Shown here: positions 10,937 to 21,534 of the stretch, piece after piece
How positions within the stretch are numbered: position 1 is the first letter of the stretch
How the letters are laid out: each line of letters starts with the position of its first letter
Assembly (NCBI GenBank): GCA_041393235.1
Contig: JAWKKO010000013.1
Coordinates: 46,850 to 110,849 of the forward strand
Direction of reading: 5' to 3'
Length of the DNA stretch: 64,000 nt
DNA from: Bacteroidales bacterium
GTDB lineage: Bacteria; Bacteroidota; Bacteroidia; Bacteroidales; GCA-2748055
Made by a program: the position numbers and the translations under genes
Notes under the pieces: generated by a model
The model's input: only the letters and a program-made list of their open reading frames with translations
Database searches by the model: none
What the model was told of the DNA's origin: nothing

Positions 10937-12549
10937 TACACCCCCGTTCTCATCCCGGCGGATGGCCTGGTACCCGCCATCGCCCGGGTTGAACTGCACC
11001 GCATGCCCCCGCAGGAACAGGCCCCGGATGCTTTCGTAGGGAATGCCCGATTCGAGTTCACCACCCCCCCTTCCCGTCGCGGCCTCTCTGTGGTTCGGAC
11101 GATCGTCGTGCTGGATCCCGGGCTGTCGCTGGCCTCTGGAGGTTCATGCCGAAATCGATCAGGTTGACCACGATCTGGGCGCTGGCCCTGAGCTGCATGG
11201 CACCTCCCATGACACCGAAGCTCATCGGGTTTCCCGTCCTTTGTGATGAAGGCGAGGATGATGGTGTGGAAGGGACGTTTCCCAGTTCAAACCTTGAGGT
11301 GACCTTCCTCAGGCTGAAAAGCTGTCCGCGGTCCTGAAGGATGTGGGCCAGAGACCCTGCCCAGCCCACCCAGGTAGTTGCTCTGGATCAGCGACACCAT
11401 GTTCCCCTGTTCGTCGGCCACGGTCATGTAGATCGTGTTCCCCTGTTCCAGCTCCCCGGCATTGAGGGAGCGGGAGGCCCGGTCGGGCCGGATGAGGGTG
11501 CGGCGCTGCGCGGCGTATTCCTTGGAGATGAGTTCGTCCACGGGCACGCTGGCAAACTCAGGGTCGGCGTAGTACCGTGCCCGGTCCTCAAAGGCCAGTT
11601 TTTTCGCTTCCACGAAGGTGTGGATGTATTCGTCGCTGCCGAACCCCATGGCGGCGATGTCGTATCCCTCCAGGATGTTGAGGATCTGAAGGGCGGCAAT
11701 GCCCTGGCCGTTAGGCGGAAGCTCCCAGATGTCGTATCCCCGGTAGTTGGTGCTCACCGGTTCCACCCATTCCGAACGATGGCCGGCCAGGTCTTCGTAG
11801 GAAAGAAATCCCCCCTGCGACTGGATGAAGTCCGCGATGGTGTGAGCCATGTCTCCCTCGTAGAAAGCCTCCCGGCCCCCCCGGGCAATGGTTTCCAGGG
11901 TGTTGGCCAGGGCTGGATTTTGAAAGATTTCCCCCTTGGCCGGGGCTTTCCCTCCGGGCATGTACACCTCCGCCACATTGGGAAAGCGGCTCAGGGAACG
12001 GGCATTGCTGTCCCAGTAAAACGCGATGACCTCGCTCACGGGGAACCCTTCCCGGGCATAGGAAATGGCCGGCTGCAGGATCTGCTCCATGCCGAGCGAT
12101 CCGAACCGGTCGTGAAGGCTGAACCAGCCGTCGACACATCCGGGCACGGAAACGGGCAGGGGGCCGTAGGCCGGAATCCGGTCATAGCCCTGTTCCACGA
12201 AATATTCCCGGGAGAGGGCACGGGGCGAACGCCCGCTCGCATTCAGGCCATAGAGTTTTTGGGTCTCCGCATCCCAGAGGATGGCGAAGAGATCCCCTCC
12301 GATGCCATTGCTGACCGGCTCCACCAAGCCCAGGACCGCATTGGCGGCAATGGCCGCATCAATGGCATTTCCTCCGGCCTTCAGGATGTCCAGGGCCGCC
12401 TGGGTGGCCAGGGGCTGGGAGGTGCAGGCCATGCCGTGCCGGGCAATGACTTCGGAGCGGGTGGCGAACTGACGACCGGTGATCTTGTCCTGGGCGCCGG
12501 CCTTCGGGGCCAGGGTCAGAACGAGCAGTCCAAGGATGATTTTTTTCAT
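10888..12549 (-). pseudogene. ggt: Gamma-glutamyltransferase; first 420 codons intact, last third frameshifted as sequenced
   Basis: ORF 11287..12549 has a signal peptide and then ..HGMACTSQPLATQAALDILKAGGNAIDAAIAANAVLGLVEPVSNGIGGDLFA.. Downstream GGT motifs (LQDRGQLFSL, MSFGVMGGAMQ, QIVVNLIDFGMNLQ, VQFNPGDGGYQAIRRDENGG, ASESRKD) are split between ORFs 11058..11369 and 10676..10999 and a third frame. The terminal QEAAGH-TGA ends at 10888. Confidence 0.9.
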
Positions 12550-12613
12550 GGGATCGGGTTTCTGCGGTTCACGGCAAGATACGGAAGAACTCGGGAAGTC
12601 GGAGAAAATGCGG

Positions 12614-14419
12614 TCAGAAAGGCCAGAAGCGGGGGATGACCAGGAGGGAGATGAGCAGGGCCAGAAAGTTCAGCGGGAGGCCGATCTTCCAGTAGTCGCT
12701 GAAGCGGTAGTTGCCGATGCTCTGGACAATGAGGTTCGTCTGGTAGCCGATGGGGGTGGAGAAGCTGGCGGACGCCGCGATGCAGATGGTGATGAAGAAG
12801 GGTTTGGGGTCCACACCCAGCTGGGTGGCGGCGGCATAGGCAATGGGGAAGGTGATGGCCGCGGCGGCATTGTTGGTGATGATTTCCGTGAAAATGTTGG
12901 TGATGATGAAGATGGCCGCCAGCACCCCCAGGGGGCCGAAGCCCTTCGAAATGTTGATGGTGGTGCGTGCGATGATATCCGCCGCCCCCGAATTCTGCAG
13001 GGCCCGGCTCACCCCGATGGCGGCGGCGATGGTAATGAGCACGTCCCAGTTGATGGGCTTGGTGTATTTCTTCGGAGTGAAGATCTTCATGCCGGCCATG
13101 AGCACCACGGTGATGGCGGCAAAGAAAAACATATCGAAGTCGTTTTTCCCCTGGAAGGGCAGGTAGCGACCCACCGTGGCTCCGGCGATCATGAGCAGGA
13201 CCAGGGCCGTGGCGATCCACCGGCGGTACCGGTCCTTGGGATCGTTCATTTCCCCCTTTTCCGTGGCCATGTAGAATACCCGGGATTCCCCCCAGTACCG
13301 GGTGAAGTCCCCGGTGGTGAGCAGCATGAGATTGTCGCCCACGTTGAGTTCCAGCTTGTCGAGGTTGGTGGTGATCCTCTCGCCGTTCCGGTGGACGGCC
13401 ATGACCACGGCATTGTAATGCCCGAAGAAATCGAAATCGCCCAGGGTTTGCTGGATGCCGGGGAAGCGGGGGGCGATGACCACCTCCACCTGTTTGAGCT
13501 GCTTTTTCAGAAAGTCCGGATCCACGTTGTCGAGGGCATTCAACTTGACATTGGACGATTGGGTCAGGTAGCCCACGTTTTCCGAACTGCCGGCCACGAT
13601 GAGCTGGTCGTCGGCTTCCAGCAGGAAGGGCGTGTTGGAGATGCGGATGTGCTTTCCATCCCGGATGACGGTCCGTACGGTGAATTCATTGAGACCGGGA
13701 AGCTTGCGTTTTTCAATCTCCTTCCCGATCAGGTTGCTGCTGGAGGGAAGATAGAGGTCGAAATAATACTCCCGGGTGTCGTTGGGGAAACTGAAACGGG
13801 GAATCTTCTCCCCGGGAAGGAGGCGGTTGGAAAAGAGGTTGATGTAGAGGAAGCCGAAAAAGCACAGGAACAAGCCCACCTTGGCCAGCTCGAACATGCC
13901 CAGCCCGGCCATGCCCCGGTCCAGCATCATCCCGTGCACCAGCAGGTTGGTGGAGGTGCCGATGAGGGTGCAGGTGCCCCCGAAAATGGTGGCATAGGAA
14001 AGGGGAATCAGGAACTTCTGGCTGGGCAGGCTCAACTTGTCGGCCCATTTCTTGAGCATGGGTCCGAAGATGATCACCACGGGGGTGTTGTTCAGAAAGG
14101 CGGAAATCGCCGACACCGGGATCATGATCTGCATCAGGAGCCTGGGAATGGGCTTTCGTTTCTTGGGCAGGATCACATTGGCCATGATGTTGAGCATGCC
14201 CGTTTCCTTCACGCCTTCGCTGACCAGGAACAGGAGGGCCACGGTGATCATCCCCTTGTTGGAGAAGCCGGAAAGTGCTTCCTCGGCCGACAGAATGTCG
14301 GCGAGCATGAACACGACAAGGGCGGAAAACAGGATGAGACCCGGGCGCATGATCTCCTTGATCAGGGCGAGGATCATCAAAAGGAGTACAGCCAGGGCAA
14401 TATATCCGGAGATCGTCAT
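12614..14419 (-). CDS. SLC13/DASS-family permease with central TrkA-C-type domains
   Basis: ORF 12614..14419, 601 aa. It has N- and C-terminal polytopic halves (..[18 protein letters not shown].., ..[40 protein letters not shown]..) flanking a soluble about 200-aa insert. Confidence 0.8.
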   Translation of the reverse strand: MTISGYIALAVLLLMILALIKEIMRPGLILFSALVVFMLADILSAEEALSGFSNKGMITVALLFLVSEGVKETGMLNIMANVILPKKRKPIPRLLMQIMIPVSAISAFLNNTPVVIIFGPMLKKWADKLSLPSQKFLIPLSYATIFGGTCTLIGTSTNLLVHGMMLDRGMAGLGMFELAKVGLFLCFFGFLYINLFSNRLLPGEKIPRFSFPNDTREYYFDLYLPSSSNLIGKEIEKRKLPGLNEFTVRTVIRDGKHIRISNTPFLLEADDQLIVAGSSENVGYLTQSSNVKLNALDNVDPDFLKKQLKQVEVVIAPRFPGIQQTLGDFDFFGHYNAVVMAVHRNGERITTNLDKLELNVGDNLMLLTTGDFTRYWGESRVFYMATEKGEMNDPKDRYRRWIATALVLLMIAGATVGRYLPFQGKNDFDMFFFAAITVVLMAGMKIFTPKKYTKPINWDVLITIAAAIGVSRALQNSGAADIIARTTINISKGFGPLGVLAAIFIITNIFTEIITNNAAAAITFPIAYAAATQLGVDPKPFFITICIAASASFSTPIGYQTNLIVQSIGNYRFSDYWKIGLPLNFLALLISLLVIPRFWPF

Positions 14420-14557
14420 GCATCGTCCTCCATGACTGCCCGGGGGGACAGCGGCCGCAGCGGAGGGTGGGGGCCGAAAATAACTCCGGCCAATTTAAGT
14501 GCAAGCCGCCGGATTACCAAATATATTTTTGCTCCGGGACGGCTCGGTCAGCACGGG

Positions 14558-14812
14558 TCAATCGCATTCCCAGTAGGTGGTGATGCCACCGACGGTTGTG
14601 GGAGAGGAGTTTTGTTTGTCGATCAAATCATCGCCGCAGAAGGGCAAGTCGGCGCCATAGGTTGTGTTGCTGTCGGCGTCCACGGTCACCAGCGCACAGG
14701 TGCCGCATTCTTCGAGTATCTCGCAGGAACTCAGCGCTCCTGCCATGATCAACCCTGTGAAAACAACAAACAATTTGGATTTTTCATGGTTCCGGCCTTG
14801 GTTATTCGACAA
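14558..14812 (-). CDS. Small Cys-rich lipoprotein (hypothetical); start region probably carries a homopolymer indel
   Basis: ORF 14558..14812 (TTG start) reads ..KSKLFVVFTGLIMAGALSSC (lipobox) followed by a 60-aa domain with 5 more Cys. An ATG at 14787 (MKN..) is one base out of frame across a T5 run (14780-14784); restoring it would give MKKSKLFVVF.. Confidence 0.5.
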   Translation of the reverse strand: MSNNQGRNHEKSKLFVVFTGLIMAGALSSCEILEECGTCALVTVDADSNTTYGADLPFCGDDLIDKQNSSPTTVGGITTYWECD

Positions 14813-14944
14813 AAATACAACTAATTATTAATTTCGAATGGAGAAACCACCGGGTTCCTTCAGGAAGGGAAAAGAATGATTTTCCCGAAGGTTCTCCGGT
14901 GGAACCCGGTAGATAGTACGGATTTCCGGTTCATTTCGTTGCAT

Positions 14945-17900
14945 ATGGGAAAAAGATTTTTCATCCGTTTTGCGAAGGTCCTTGCCTGGATCGTGGCTGG
15001 TTTCGTGGCCCTCGTCCTTCTCCTTACCCTTGGTTTTTACCTGGGACGAGGATGGATCCTGGAAAAGGCCGTCTCCCGGGCCAACGAGAGTCAGCCCGGC
15101 GAAATCCGCCTGGGCACCATGAACCTGATTCCCTTCAAGGGGCTGCCGGACGTCTCCCTGCAGCTGAGGGACCTGAATTATTTCGAATCGGCGGCCCTGT
15201 CGGATTCTGCGGGCGGTTCCCCCATCCTCACCCTGGGGCGGGTGGATGTGTCGCTCGATGTGGTGGAGCTGATCCGGGGCAACATCCGGGTGTCGCAGCT
15301 GAGCCTGGAGCAGGGCACCATCCGGCTCGAGCGGTATGCCGATTCGTTGATGAATCTGGAGAAGGCCCTGGGCGTCCGTTTCGATTCCGGGGAGGGGGAG
15401 GAACCGACGGAAACCGCCCTGCCCGATTTTCAGGTCAACCTGGAACGAATGGAGCTGGACCGCATCCTGCTTCTCTGGGACGACCAAACCACCAGAGACC
15501 AGGCCCGCATGCAGGTGAACCATGTGGAATCGGCCATCCATTACTACCCGGACAGCGTTCTTGCCGGAGTTCAACTCGATCTTGATGTAAACTCCTTCAA
15601 GTACCTGACATACAAAACGGACAAGAGTCGGAACATACAGCTTGAAACGGAAGTGTCCGTCGATTTGCAGAAAAAGCGGGCCCTGATGCTTCCCACTTCC
15701 ATGAAATTTTCAGGTCTGGCCATGGAAGCCAATGGTTTCTACGATTTTATGGCATCTCCCCTGGTCCATCTCGACTTCCAGGCGAGCAACACCGGGCTGG
15801 ATGTGCTGAATTTCATCTTCCAGGGCATTCTCGACCTGGATGAGATCGAACAGATCGGCGGCGGGGAAATCCGGCTGGCCGGAAATGTTCACGGGGAGCT
15901 GGGCGACAAGCTGCCACAGCTCCAGATCGAGGGACAGGCCGAGGACATCGGCTTCCGGATCAAGGCCATCCAGCGTGACGTCACGGGCATCGGATTCCAC
16001 ATGACCGCCAATTCGGGTGTGGCCGGCGATTTGAGCGATGCCACGGTTCGCATGCAAGGGTTTCGGGCTGAGTTTCCAGAGGGTGTTTTAGAGGCCAACA
16101 TGACAGCAAGTAATGGCATATCACCGGAAGTCAAACTAGAGGTAAACGGAGACGTGGATCTGGCCGGGTTGGAGCAAATGGTGGGGGCCGATGAATTGAA
16201 GGATCTGCAGGGACAGGTCCAGCTGAAAGGAGCGGTGCAGGGCCGGATGGATGCGGACAAAGGGTTCGTCCTGGATCCGGGGAGCCAGGTTCAGGCCCGG
16301 TTGTTCGGCGTCGGGTTCGACTACGGTCCGGATGCATTCCGCGGCCTGTCCGGCGAGATCAGCCTGGCGGACGAGCACATGGGAAGCCGGGGATTCGATC
16401 TGGCCTACAACGGTACCAAGCTGCACCTGCAATGGATGACCTCCAACCTGCTGCAGTCCCTGACCGGAGCGAGGGACACCGTGGGGATCCATCTGGCCGT
16501 ACAAACCGACATTCTCGATTTGCTCGAGCTCACTGGCGACAGTGCGTTGGCAGCGCAGACGGGCGGACCCCTCCGGGATGTGCATCTCGAATTTGGGGCC
16601 CTGCTGCCTCCCGGAGCCATGGATTCTCTCCTGGCGGGAGCCATCCCAGGTACCCTCGATCTGGAGGTGGACAGTCTGACAGCCTTCGTCCCGGTGTTCC
16701 CGGCCCTGAAACACATCAACGCCTCGGTGCATCTGGAACCGGAGCGCCTCACCATTGCCCGGCTCCGAACCGGCATCGGTCAAAGCGATCTCCGGTTTGC
16801 CGGAAGCATCGGGAACTACCGGGCGTTCCTCTCCGGAGATACGGCGGCCTTCCTGAATGTCCGGTATGGGCTTGCCTCGGACCTGCTTCGGGCCAGGGAT
16901 CTGATGGTGTTCAACGATTCCTTCCTCCTCCCGGAGGAGTTTCTGGGGGAGGAACTCAGCCGGTTCCGTCTGGAGGGGAACATCGACCTGCCCCTGGCCA
17001 TGCTCCTGTCCGACCATGTTGCGCCCGACGTCCGGATCCGGGTCGAAACCCTGGAAGGGGCCCTGCGCTACTACCCGCTTCCCCTCCATGATTTCCGGCT
17101 CGATGCCCACCTGGAGGACGACCACCTGACCGTTCATGATCTGCAGGGGAAGGTCGGGGAGAACAACCTGAAGCTCCGGGCCGAGGTTTTCCACATGTAC
17201 GACCGCACCATGGACAGCCTGCATGGCAGCCTGTCCATTGCATCCGACTACCTGAATGTGGATCAGCTCATGGACTACCGCCTGCCCGGGAAAGAGGAGA
17301 CGGAGGCTGTGGCGCGGATCGGTTCGGCAGATGTGCCGGAGGCGGGGGTTTCGGGCGGACCCGCTCCCGGGTATCCGGCGGACCCGTGGCGGGCACCCCA
17401 GGAGGAGGAGGAAGAAGCGGCCAAACTTTCCTTCCGGCTCGACACCATCGACTATCCGGATTTCGCCCTGAAACTGGACATCGGGGAGCTGCACTACGGG
17501 ACCTACCACATCGACGGGATCCAGGGGGGCCTGCGCTCGACCCGGAACAAGATCTTCTACCTCGACAGCCTCCGGACGTCCGGCGGAAGCGGAGGAAAAA
17601 TCAACGTCATCGGCCAATTCAACGTCTCCAACCCGTATTATTATACCCTGAGCGCCCGGCTCGATCTGAAGGAGATGAACGTGAACGACCTGGATTTTGA
17701 GATGCAGAACGGGGACAGCATTTACACCCTGCAGGAGAACTTCCAGGGCCTGGTGAGCGCCGACGGGATGGCGGAGGTCTTCCTGACCCCCGATCTGAAG
17801 GTGGACATGAGCACCACCACGGCCGTGTTCAACTACCGCATCGACGACGGGGCCATCATCAACTTCGAGCCCCTGCAGGCGGCGGCCAAATACCTCGACG

Positions 17901-18244
17901 GCAAGGACCTGAGCCATGTGAAGTTCGGGACCCTGCGCAACAGTTTTCCCATGACCCTGGTCGATGGACGCATCCTGATCCCATTAACCATCGTGGAGTC
18001 CACCGCCGGCCAGTTGCTGATCGAAGGGGAGCAGGGGCTCGACGGGAATTTCATGTACCTCCTGCGTATGCCGGTGGCCCTGGTGCGGGGGGCCGTGGCC
18101 TCCGTGCTGTCCAACGCGGACGATGGGAAGGAAGACGAAATCGCCCGCTACGAGCGGGGAAAATTCCTGGTGGTGACCGTGCACGGGGAAGGAGACGAAA
18201 TCGAAGTGAAAACCGGAGACAAACGGGACAAGTTCAATCCATGA
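14945..18244 (+). CDS. AsmA-family / TamB-like large envelope protein
   Basis: ORF 14876..18244, ATG 14945 (MGKRFFIRFAKVLAWIVAGFVALVLLL, an N-terminal anchor). It is a long beta-rich repetitive body of about 1100 aa, and the call rests on architecture and pattern. 3.3 kb uninterrupted. Confidence 0.55.
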   Translation: MGKRFFIRFAKVLAWIVAGFVALVLLLTLGFYLGRGWILEKAVSRANESQPGEIRLGTMNLIPFKGLPDVSLQLRDLNYFESAALSDSAGGSPILTLGRVDVSLDVVELIRGNIRVSQLSLEQGTIRLERYADSLMNLEKALGVRFDSGEGEEPTETALPDFQVNLERMELDRILLLWDDQTTRDQARMQVNHVESAIHYYPDSVLAGVQLDLDVNSFKYLTYKTDKSRNIQLETEVSVDLQKKRALMLPTSMKFSGLAMEANGFYDFMASPLVHLDFQASNTGLDVLNFIFQGILDLDEIEQIGGGEIRLAGNVHGELGDKLPQLQIEGQAEDIGFRIKAIQRDVTGIGFHMTANSGVAGDLSDATVRMQGFRAEFPEGVLEANMTASNGISPEVKLEVNGDVDLAGLEQMVGADELKDLQGQVQLKGAVQGRMDADKGFVLDPGSQVQARLFGVGFDYGPDAFRGLSGEISLADEHMGSRGFDLAYNGTKLHLQWMTSNLLQSLTGARDTVGIHLAVQTDILDLLELTGDSALAAQTGGPLRDVHLEFGALLPPGAMDSLLAGAIPGTLDLEVDSLTAFVPVFPALKHINASVHLEPERLTIARLRTGIGQSDLRFAGSIGNYRAFLSGDTAAFLNVRYGLASDLLRARDLMVFNDSFLLPEEFLGEELSRFRLEGNIDLPLAMLLSDHVAPDVRIRVETLEGALRYYPLPLHDFRLDAHLEDDHLTVHDLQGKVGENNLKLRAEVFHMYDRTMDSLHGSLSIASDYLNVDQLMDYRLPGKEETEAVARIGSADVPEAGVSGGPAPGYPADPWRAPQEEEEEAAKLSFRLDTIDYPDFALKLDIGELHYGTYHIDGIQGGLRSTRNKIFYLDSLRTSGGSGGKINVIGQFNVSNPYYYTLSARLDLKEMNVNDLDFEMQNGDSIYTLQENFQGLVSADGMAEVFLTPDLKVDMSTTTAVFNYRIDDGAIINFEPLQAAAKYLDGKDLSHVKFGTLRNSFPMTLVDGRILIPLTIVESTAGQLLIEGEQGLDGNFMYLLRMPVALVRGAVASVLSNADDGKEDEIARYERGKFLVVTVHGEGDEIEVKTGDKRDKFNP

Positions 18245-21126
18245 GGGAGTTGAGATTTGCACTGGGCTACATGCCCCATCGCTTATGGGGCAACATCCTG
18301 CAGGCCCAGTTTTTGGAGAAGGATTCAAACGCGGAGTTCTACAGTTCCCGGGAATACGTGCAGAACGATCCCGGCACGGCGGCGTTCCAGCGCCTGAGCC
18401 CCATGCAGCGCGAAGTCGTCCAGGAAGTGGATGCCTACAACGACAGGAAGCTCCACCGACTGTTTTCGAAAAAGCCCACGGTCAAGCAGTTTCAAGACAG
18501 CGTCGAGGCAAAGACCATCCAGGAGCACATCCGCCCTTACATCGAGAAGCACATGCACCGGGCCCTGGAGATCGCCCGGGACAACCGGATTCCCCTCTTT
18601 GTCAAGGACAAGAGCAACCGGAACATCTTTCCCGAGGACTTCATCCGTCTCGAGCGCAAGCCCGGCATACCCCTCTTCAGCTTTGCCTACGGGGAGCAGC
18701 TGTCCTATGCCCTCCAGCTCATCCACGGGGAGCACCCGCTGGTGCTCAAGGACCGTCCCGTCGAGCTGGTCTGCAACAATCCGCTCGTGATCCTCCTGGG
18801 CGATGTCCTGTATTTCATCAACGACATCGACGGAAAGAAGCTCAAGCCCTTTCTGACAAAGGAGGAAGTGCGGATCCCGCCCGACATGGAAAAGAAATAC
18901 CTGGGCAGTTTCGTCCGGAACACCCTGCGGGATTTTCAGACCCGTGTCGAGGGGATCGTGGTGAGCGAATCGGAGGCCCGGACCCAGGCCCTTCTGACCC
19001 TGGAACGGGGGTTGAGCGACCTGCCGGTCTGGATCCTGGAATTCCAGTACAACCAGCACAAGATCACCGCCGACAACCCCATCCCCCGGTTCGTGGAATA
19101 TGAAGGGGGAGAAGGTTCGCCCCGTTTCGTCCGCTGTCCGCGGAAGCCTGCCTGGGAAGAAGGGAAGAAGGCGTTTTTGCACGCCTGCGGGTTGCGGACC
19201 CGGGACGACCGGATTTTCCAGATGAAAAGCACGGGTGGGAAAGCCGGGAACGAGGCCCTGTACGAAGCAGTGTCGTTCATGAACGAGTACGGAACCGCCC
19301 TGGAGGAGGAAGGCTTCCAGATCCGCCAACGGTTCCAGGAGGTATTTCACCTGGGGCCCATCTCCCTGGATCTGCAGTCGTCCGAAAAGGAAGACTGGTT
19401 CGATTTGTACGGGACGGTGCACATCGGGGAGGTTCGGATCCCCTTCCTGTCCCTGAAGCATCACATTTTGAGTGGCGAGCGTACCTACACCCTGCCCGAC
19501 GGAACCATCGCCGTCCTTCCCCTGGAATGGTTCAGCCGGTATCGGTCCGTCTTTGAGTTCGGAAAAATCTCAGACGGAGAGATCCGGATCCACAAGCAGC
19601 ATTTTTCCCAGGTGGCCGGGGTGGGCGACATCCAGTCGGAAACACTGGAGAAACTGGACCGGCTCAACCGGGTAGAAACCCTGCCCGCCCTGGAACCGCC
19701 CCGGGGTCTGAATGCCACCCTCCGGACCTACCAGCGGGAAGGGTACCAGTGGCTTTGTGTGTTGCAGGAAATGGGGTTTGGGGGCTGCCTGGCCGACGAC
19801 ATGGGGCTCGGAAAAACCCTGCAGGCCATAGCGGTGTTGCTTCGGGCCCGGGAAAACGGGTCCGGGGAGGACGACCGGCCGTCCGAAAAGCCCACCTCCC
19901 TGGTGGTGGTGCCCGCCTCCCTCCTTCACAACTGGGAGAGCGAGTGCCGGCGGTTTGCGCCTTCCCTCAAGGTGTGCCTGCATGTGGGAGGGCAACGGAA
20001 CCGGGAGATCAGCAACTTCTCCTACTACGACGTGATTCTGTCCACCTACCACATCGTCCGGCAGGACATCGAGCAGATTTCCGCCTTTCCCTTTCACTAT
20101 GTGATTTTGGACGAAAGCCAGATGATCAAAAATCCGGCCTCCAAGCTCTACCAGGCCATCAGCGACCTCCAGGCCGGTCACCGCCTCGTGCTCACCGGGA
20201 CGCCCATCGAGAATTCGCTCACCGACCTGTGGTCCCAGATCAATTTTGTGAATCCGGGACTGCTGGGAAGCCTCAATTTCTTCCGGCAGAAATTCGTTAT
20301 GGCCATCGAGAAAAAGAAGGATGAGGAACGGGAGGCCAAGCTGAAAGAGCTGATCAATCCCTTCATTCTCCGGCGGACCAAGCAGGAGGTGGCCACCGAA
20401 TTGCCCCCGGTGTACGAGCAGGTGCGGTATTGCACCATGACCGAGGACCAGAAGCGGCTCTACGAGGAGGAAAAGTCCCAGGCCCGGAATTCCATCCTGG
20501 AAAACCTGGAGGAGGTGGGCATGGAACACGCTTCCATGATGGTGCTTCAGGCCCTCACCCGGCTGCGGCAAATAGCCAACCATCCCGCCCTGGTGGAGAA
20601 CGGGGAGGACCTGGATTCGGGAAAGTACGGCGAAGTCCTGCGGAACGTGGAGAGCGTCCTGGCGGAAGGACACAAGGTTCTGATTTTTTCCTCCTTTGTC
20701 AAGCACCTGGACTTGTTCCGGGAACACTTCGACCGGGAGGGACTCCGGTATGCCTACCTGACCGGATCCCGGAACCAGAAACAACGGACCGATGCCGTGA
20801 ATGCGTTCCAGACAGATCCCGCGTGTTCCCTCTTCCTGATCTCGCTGAAGGCCGGCGGGACCGGCCTGAACCTGACTGCGGCCGAATATGTGTTCATTCT
20901 GGATCCCTGGTGGAACCCCGCCGCCGAGATGCAGGCTCTGAACCGGGCCCACCGGATCGGTCAGGACCAGAGCGTGTTCGTGTACCGGTTCATCTCCTCC
21001 AACACCATCGAGGAGAAAATCCAGGTGTTGCAGGAAAAAAAGCGGGCCCTGGCCCAGAGCTTCGTGACCGCCAGCAATCCGCTGCGGGACCTCGACGAAA
21101 AGGAAATTCTCGAATTGTTCAACTGA
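18241..21126 (+). CDS. SNF2-family DEAD/DEAH-box helicase with about 480-aa N-terminal helicase-associated region
   Basis: ORF 18241..21126. Motifs: LRTYQREGYQWL, ADDMGLGKTLQAIAVLL (motif I), VILDESQMIKN (motif II), LTGTPIENSL, and C-terminal ..LISLKAGGTGLNLTAAEYVFILDPWWNPAAEMQALNRAHRIGQ. The ATG overlaps the AsmA-like stop (ATGA). Confidence 0.9.
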   Translation: MRELRFALGYMPHRLWGNILQAQFLEKDSNAEFYSSREYVQNDPGTAAFQRLSPMQREVVQEVDAYNDRKLHRLFSKKPTVKQFQDSVEAKTIQEHIRPYIEKHMHRALEIARDNRIPLFVKDKSNRNIFPEDFIRLERKPGIPLFSFAYGEQLSYALQLIHGEHPLVLKDRPVELVCNNPLVILLGDVLYFINDIDGKKLKPFLTKEEVRIPPDMEKKYLGSFVRNTLRDFQTRVEGIVVSESEARTQALLTLERGLSDLPVWILEFQYNQHKITADNPIPRFVEYEGGEGSPRFVRCPRKPAWEEGKKAFLHACGLRTRDDRIFQMKSTGGKAGNEALYEAVSFMNEYGTALEEEGFQIRQRFQEVFHLGPISLDLQSSEKEDWFDLYGTVHIGEVRIPFLSLKHHILSGERTYTLPDGTIAVLPLEWFSRYRSVFEFGKISDGEIRIHKQHFSQVAGVGDIQSETLEKLDRLNRVETLPALEPPRGLNATLRTYQREGYQWLCVLQEMGFGGCLADDMGLGKTLQAIAVLLRARENGSGEDDRPSEKPTSLVVVPASLLHNWESECRRFAPSLKVCLHVGGQRNREISNFSYYDVILSTYHIVRQDIEQISAFPFHYVILDESQMIKNPASKLYQAISDLQAGHRLVLTGTPIENSLTDLWSQINFVNPGLLGSLNFFRQKFVMAIEKKKDEEREAKLKELINPFILRRTKQEVATELPPVYEQVRYCTMTEDQKRLYEEEKSQARNSILENLEEVGMEHASMMVLQALTRLRQIANHPALVENGEDLDSGKYGEVLRNVESVLAEGHKVLIFSSFVKHLDLFREHFDREGLRYAYLTGSRNQKQRTDAVNAFQTDPACSLFLISLKAGGTGLNLTAAEYVFILDPWWNPAAEMQALNRAHRIGQDQSVFVYRFISSNTIEEKIQVLQEKKRALAQSFVTASNPLRDLDEKEILELFN

Positions 21127-21132
21127 GACCCC

Positions 21133-21534
21133 ATGCGCGATTGTCTGTCCAGGGAAGTGGAATACGTCACCAGCCGGTCGTCCGGACCGGGCGGACAGCA
21201 TGTGAACAAGACCGAAACCCGGGTGACCCTCCTCTGGGTGCCCGCCCGCTCGGCCTGCCTGGGTCCGCTCGAAAAGCAGCGGGTGCTTCGGGTCCTGGCG
21301 GGCCGGCTGACCCGGGAAGGGACCCTGGCCCTCCATTCGGAGAGGTTTTCGTCCCAGGTCCGCAACCGGGAGGATGTCCTCCTGCGGTTTCACCTGTTGG
21401 TGGAGCAGGCCCTGCGCCCGGAAAAGAAACGAATACCCACCCGGGCCACCCGGGCCGGCCGGGAGCGGCGGATTCAGGACAAAAAGCGGAAAAGCGATTT
21501 GAAAAAGGGACGGGGCGGCCGGTGGGATCCCTAG
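21133..21534 (+). CDS. arfB: Alternative ribosome-rescue factor ArfB (peptidyl-tRNA hydrolase, GGQ family)
   Basis: ORF 21133..21534. It has SRSSGPGGQHVNKTETRVTL (GGQ motif) and a basic C-terminal tail RERRIQDKKRKSDLKKGR. Confidence 0.85.
   Translation: MRDCLSREVEYVTSRSSGPGGQHVNKTETRVTLLWVPARSACLGPLEKQRVLRVLAGRLTREGTLALHSERFSSQVRNREDVLLRFHLLVEQALRPEKKRIPTRATRAGRERRIQDKKRKSDLKKGRGGRWDP

Noticed and set aside
12479-14824. A 781-aa plus-strand ORF.
   Set aside because: It is antisense to the clearly real SLC13 permease and the small lipoprotein, and has the same shadow-ORF composition.
16136-17917. A 593-aa minus-strand ORF inside the AsmA-like gene. A similar 607-aa ORF 19570..21393 lies inside the SNF2 gene, and a 523-aa ORF 5367..6938 lies opposite GT9 and the hydrolase.
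   Set aside because: These are shadow ORFs antisense to genes with strong motif support, as expected in high-GC DNA.
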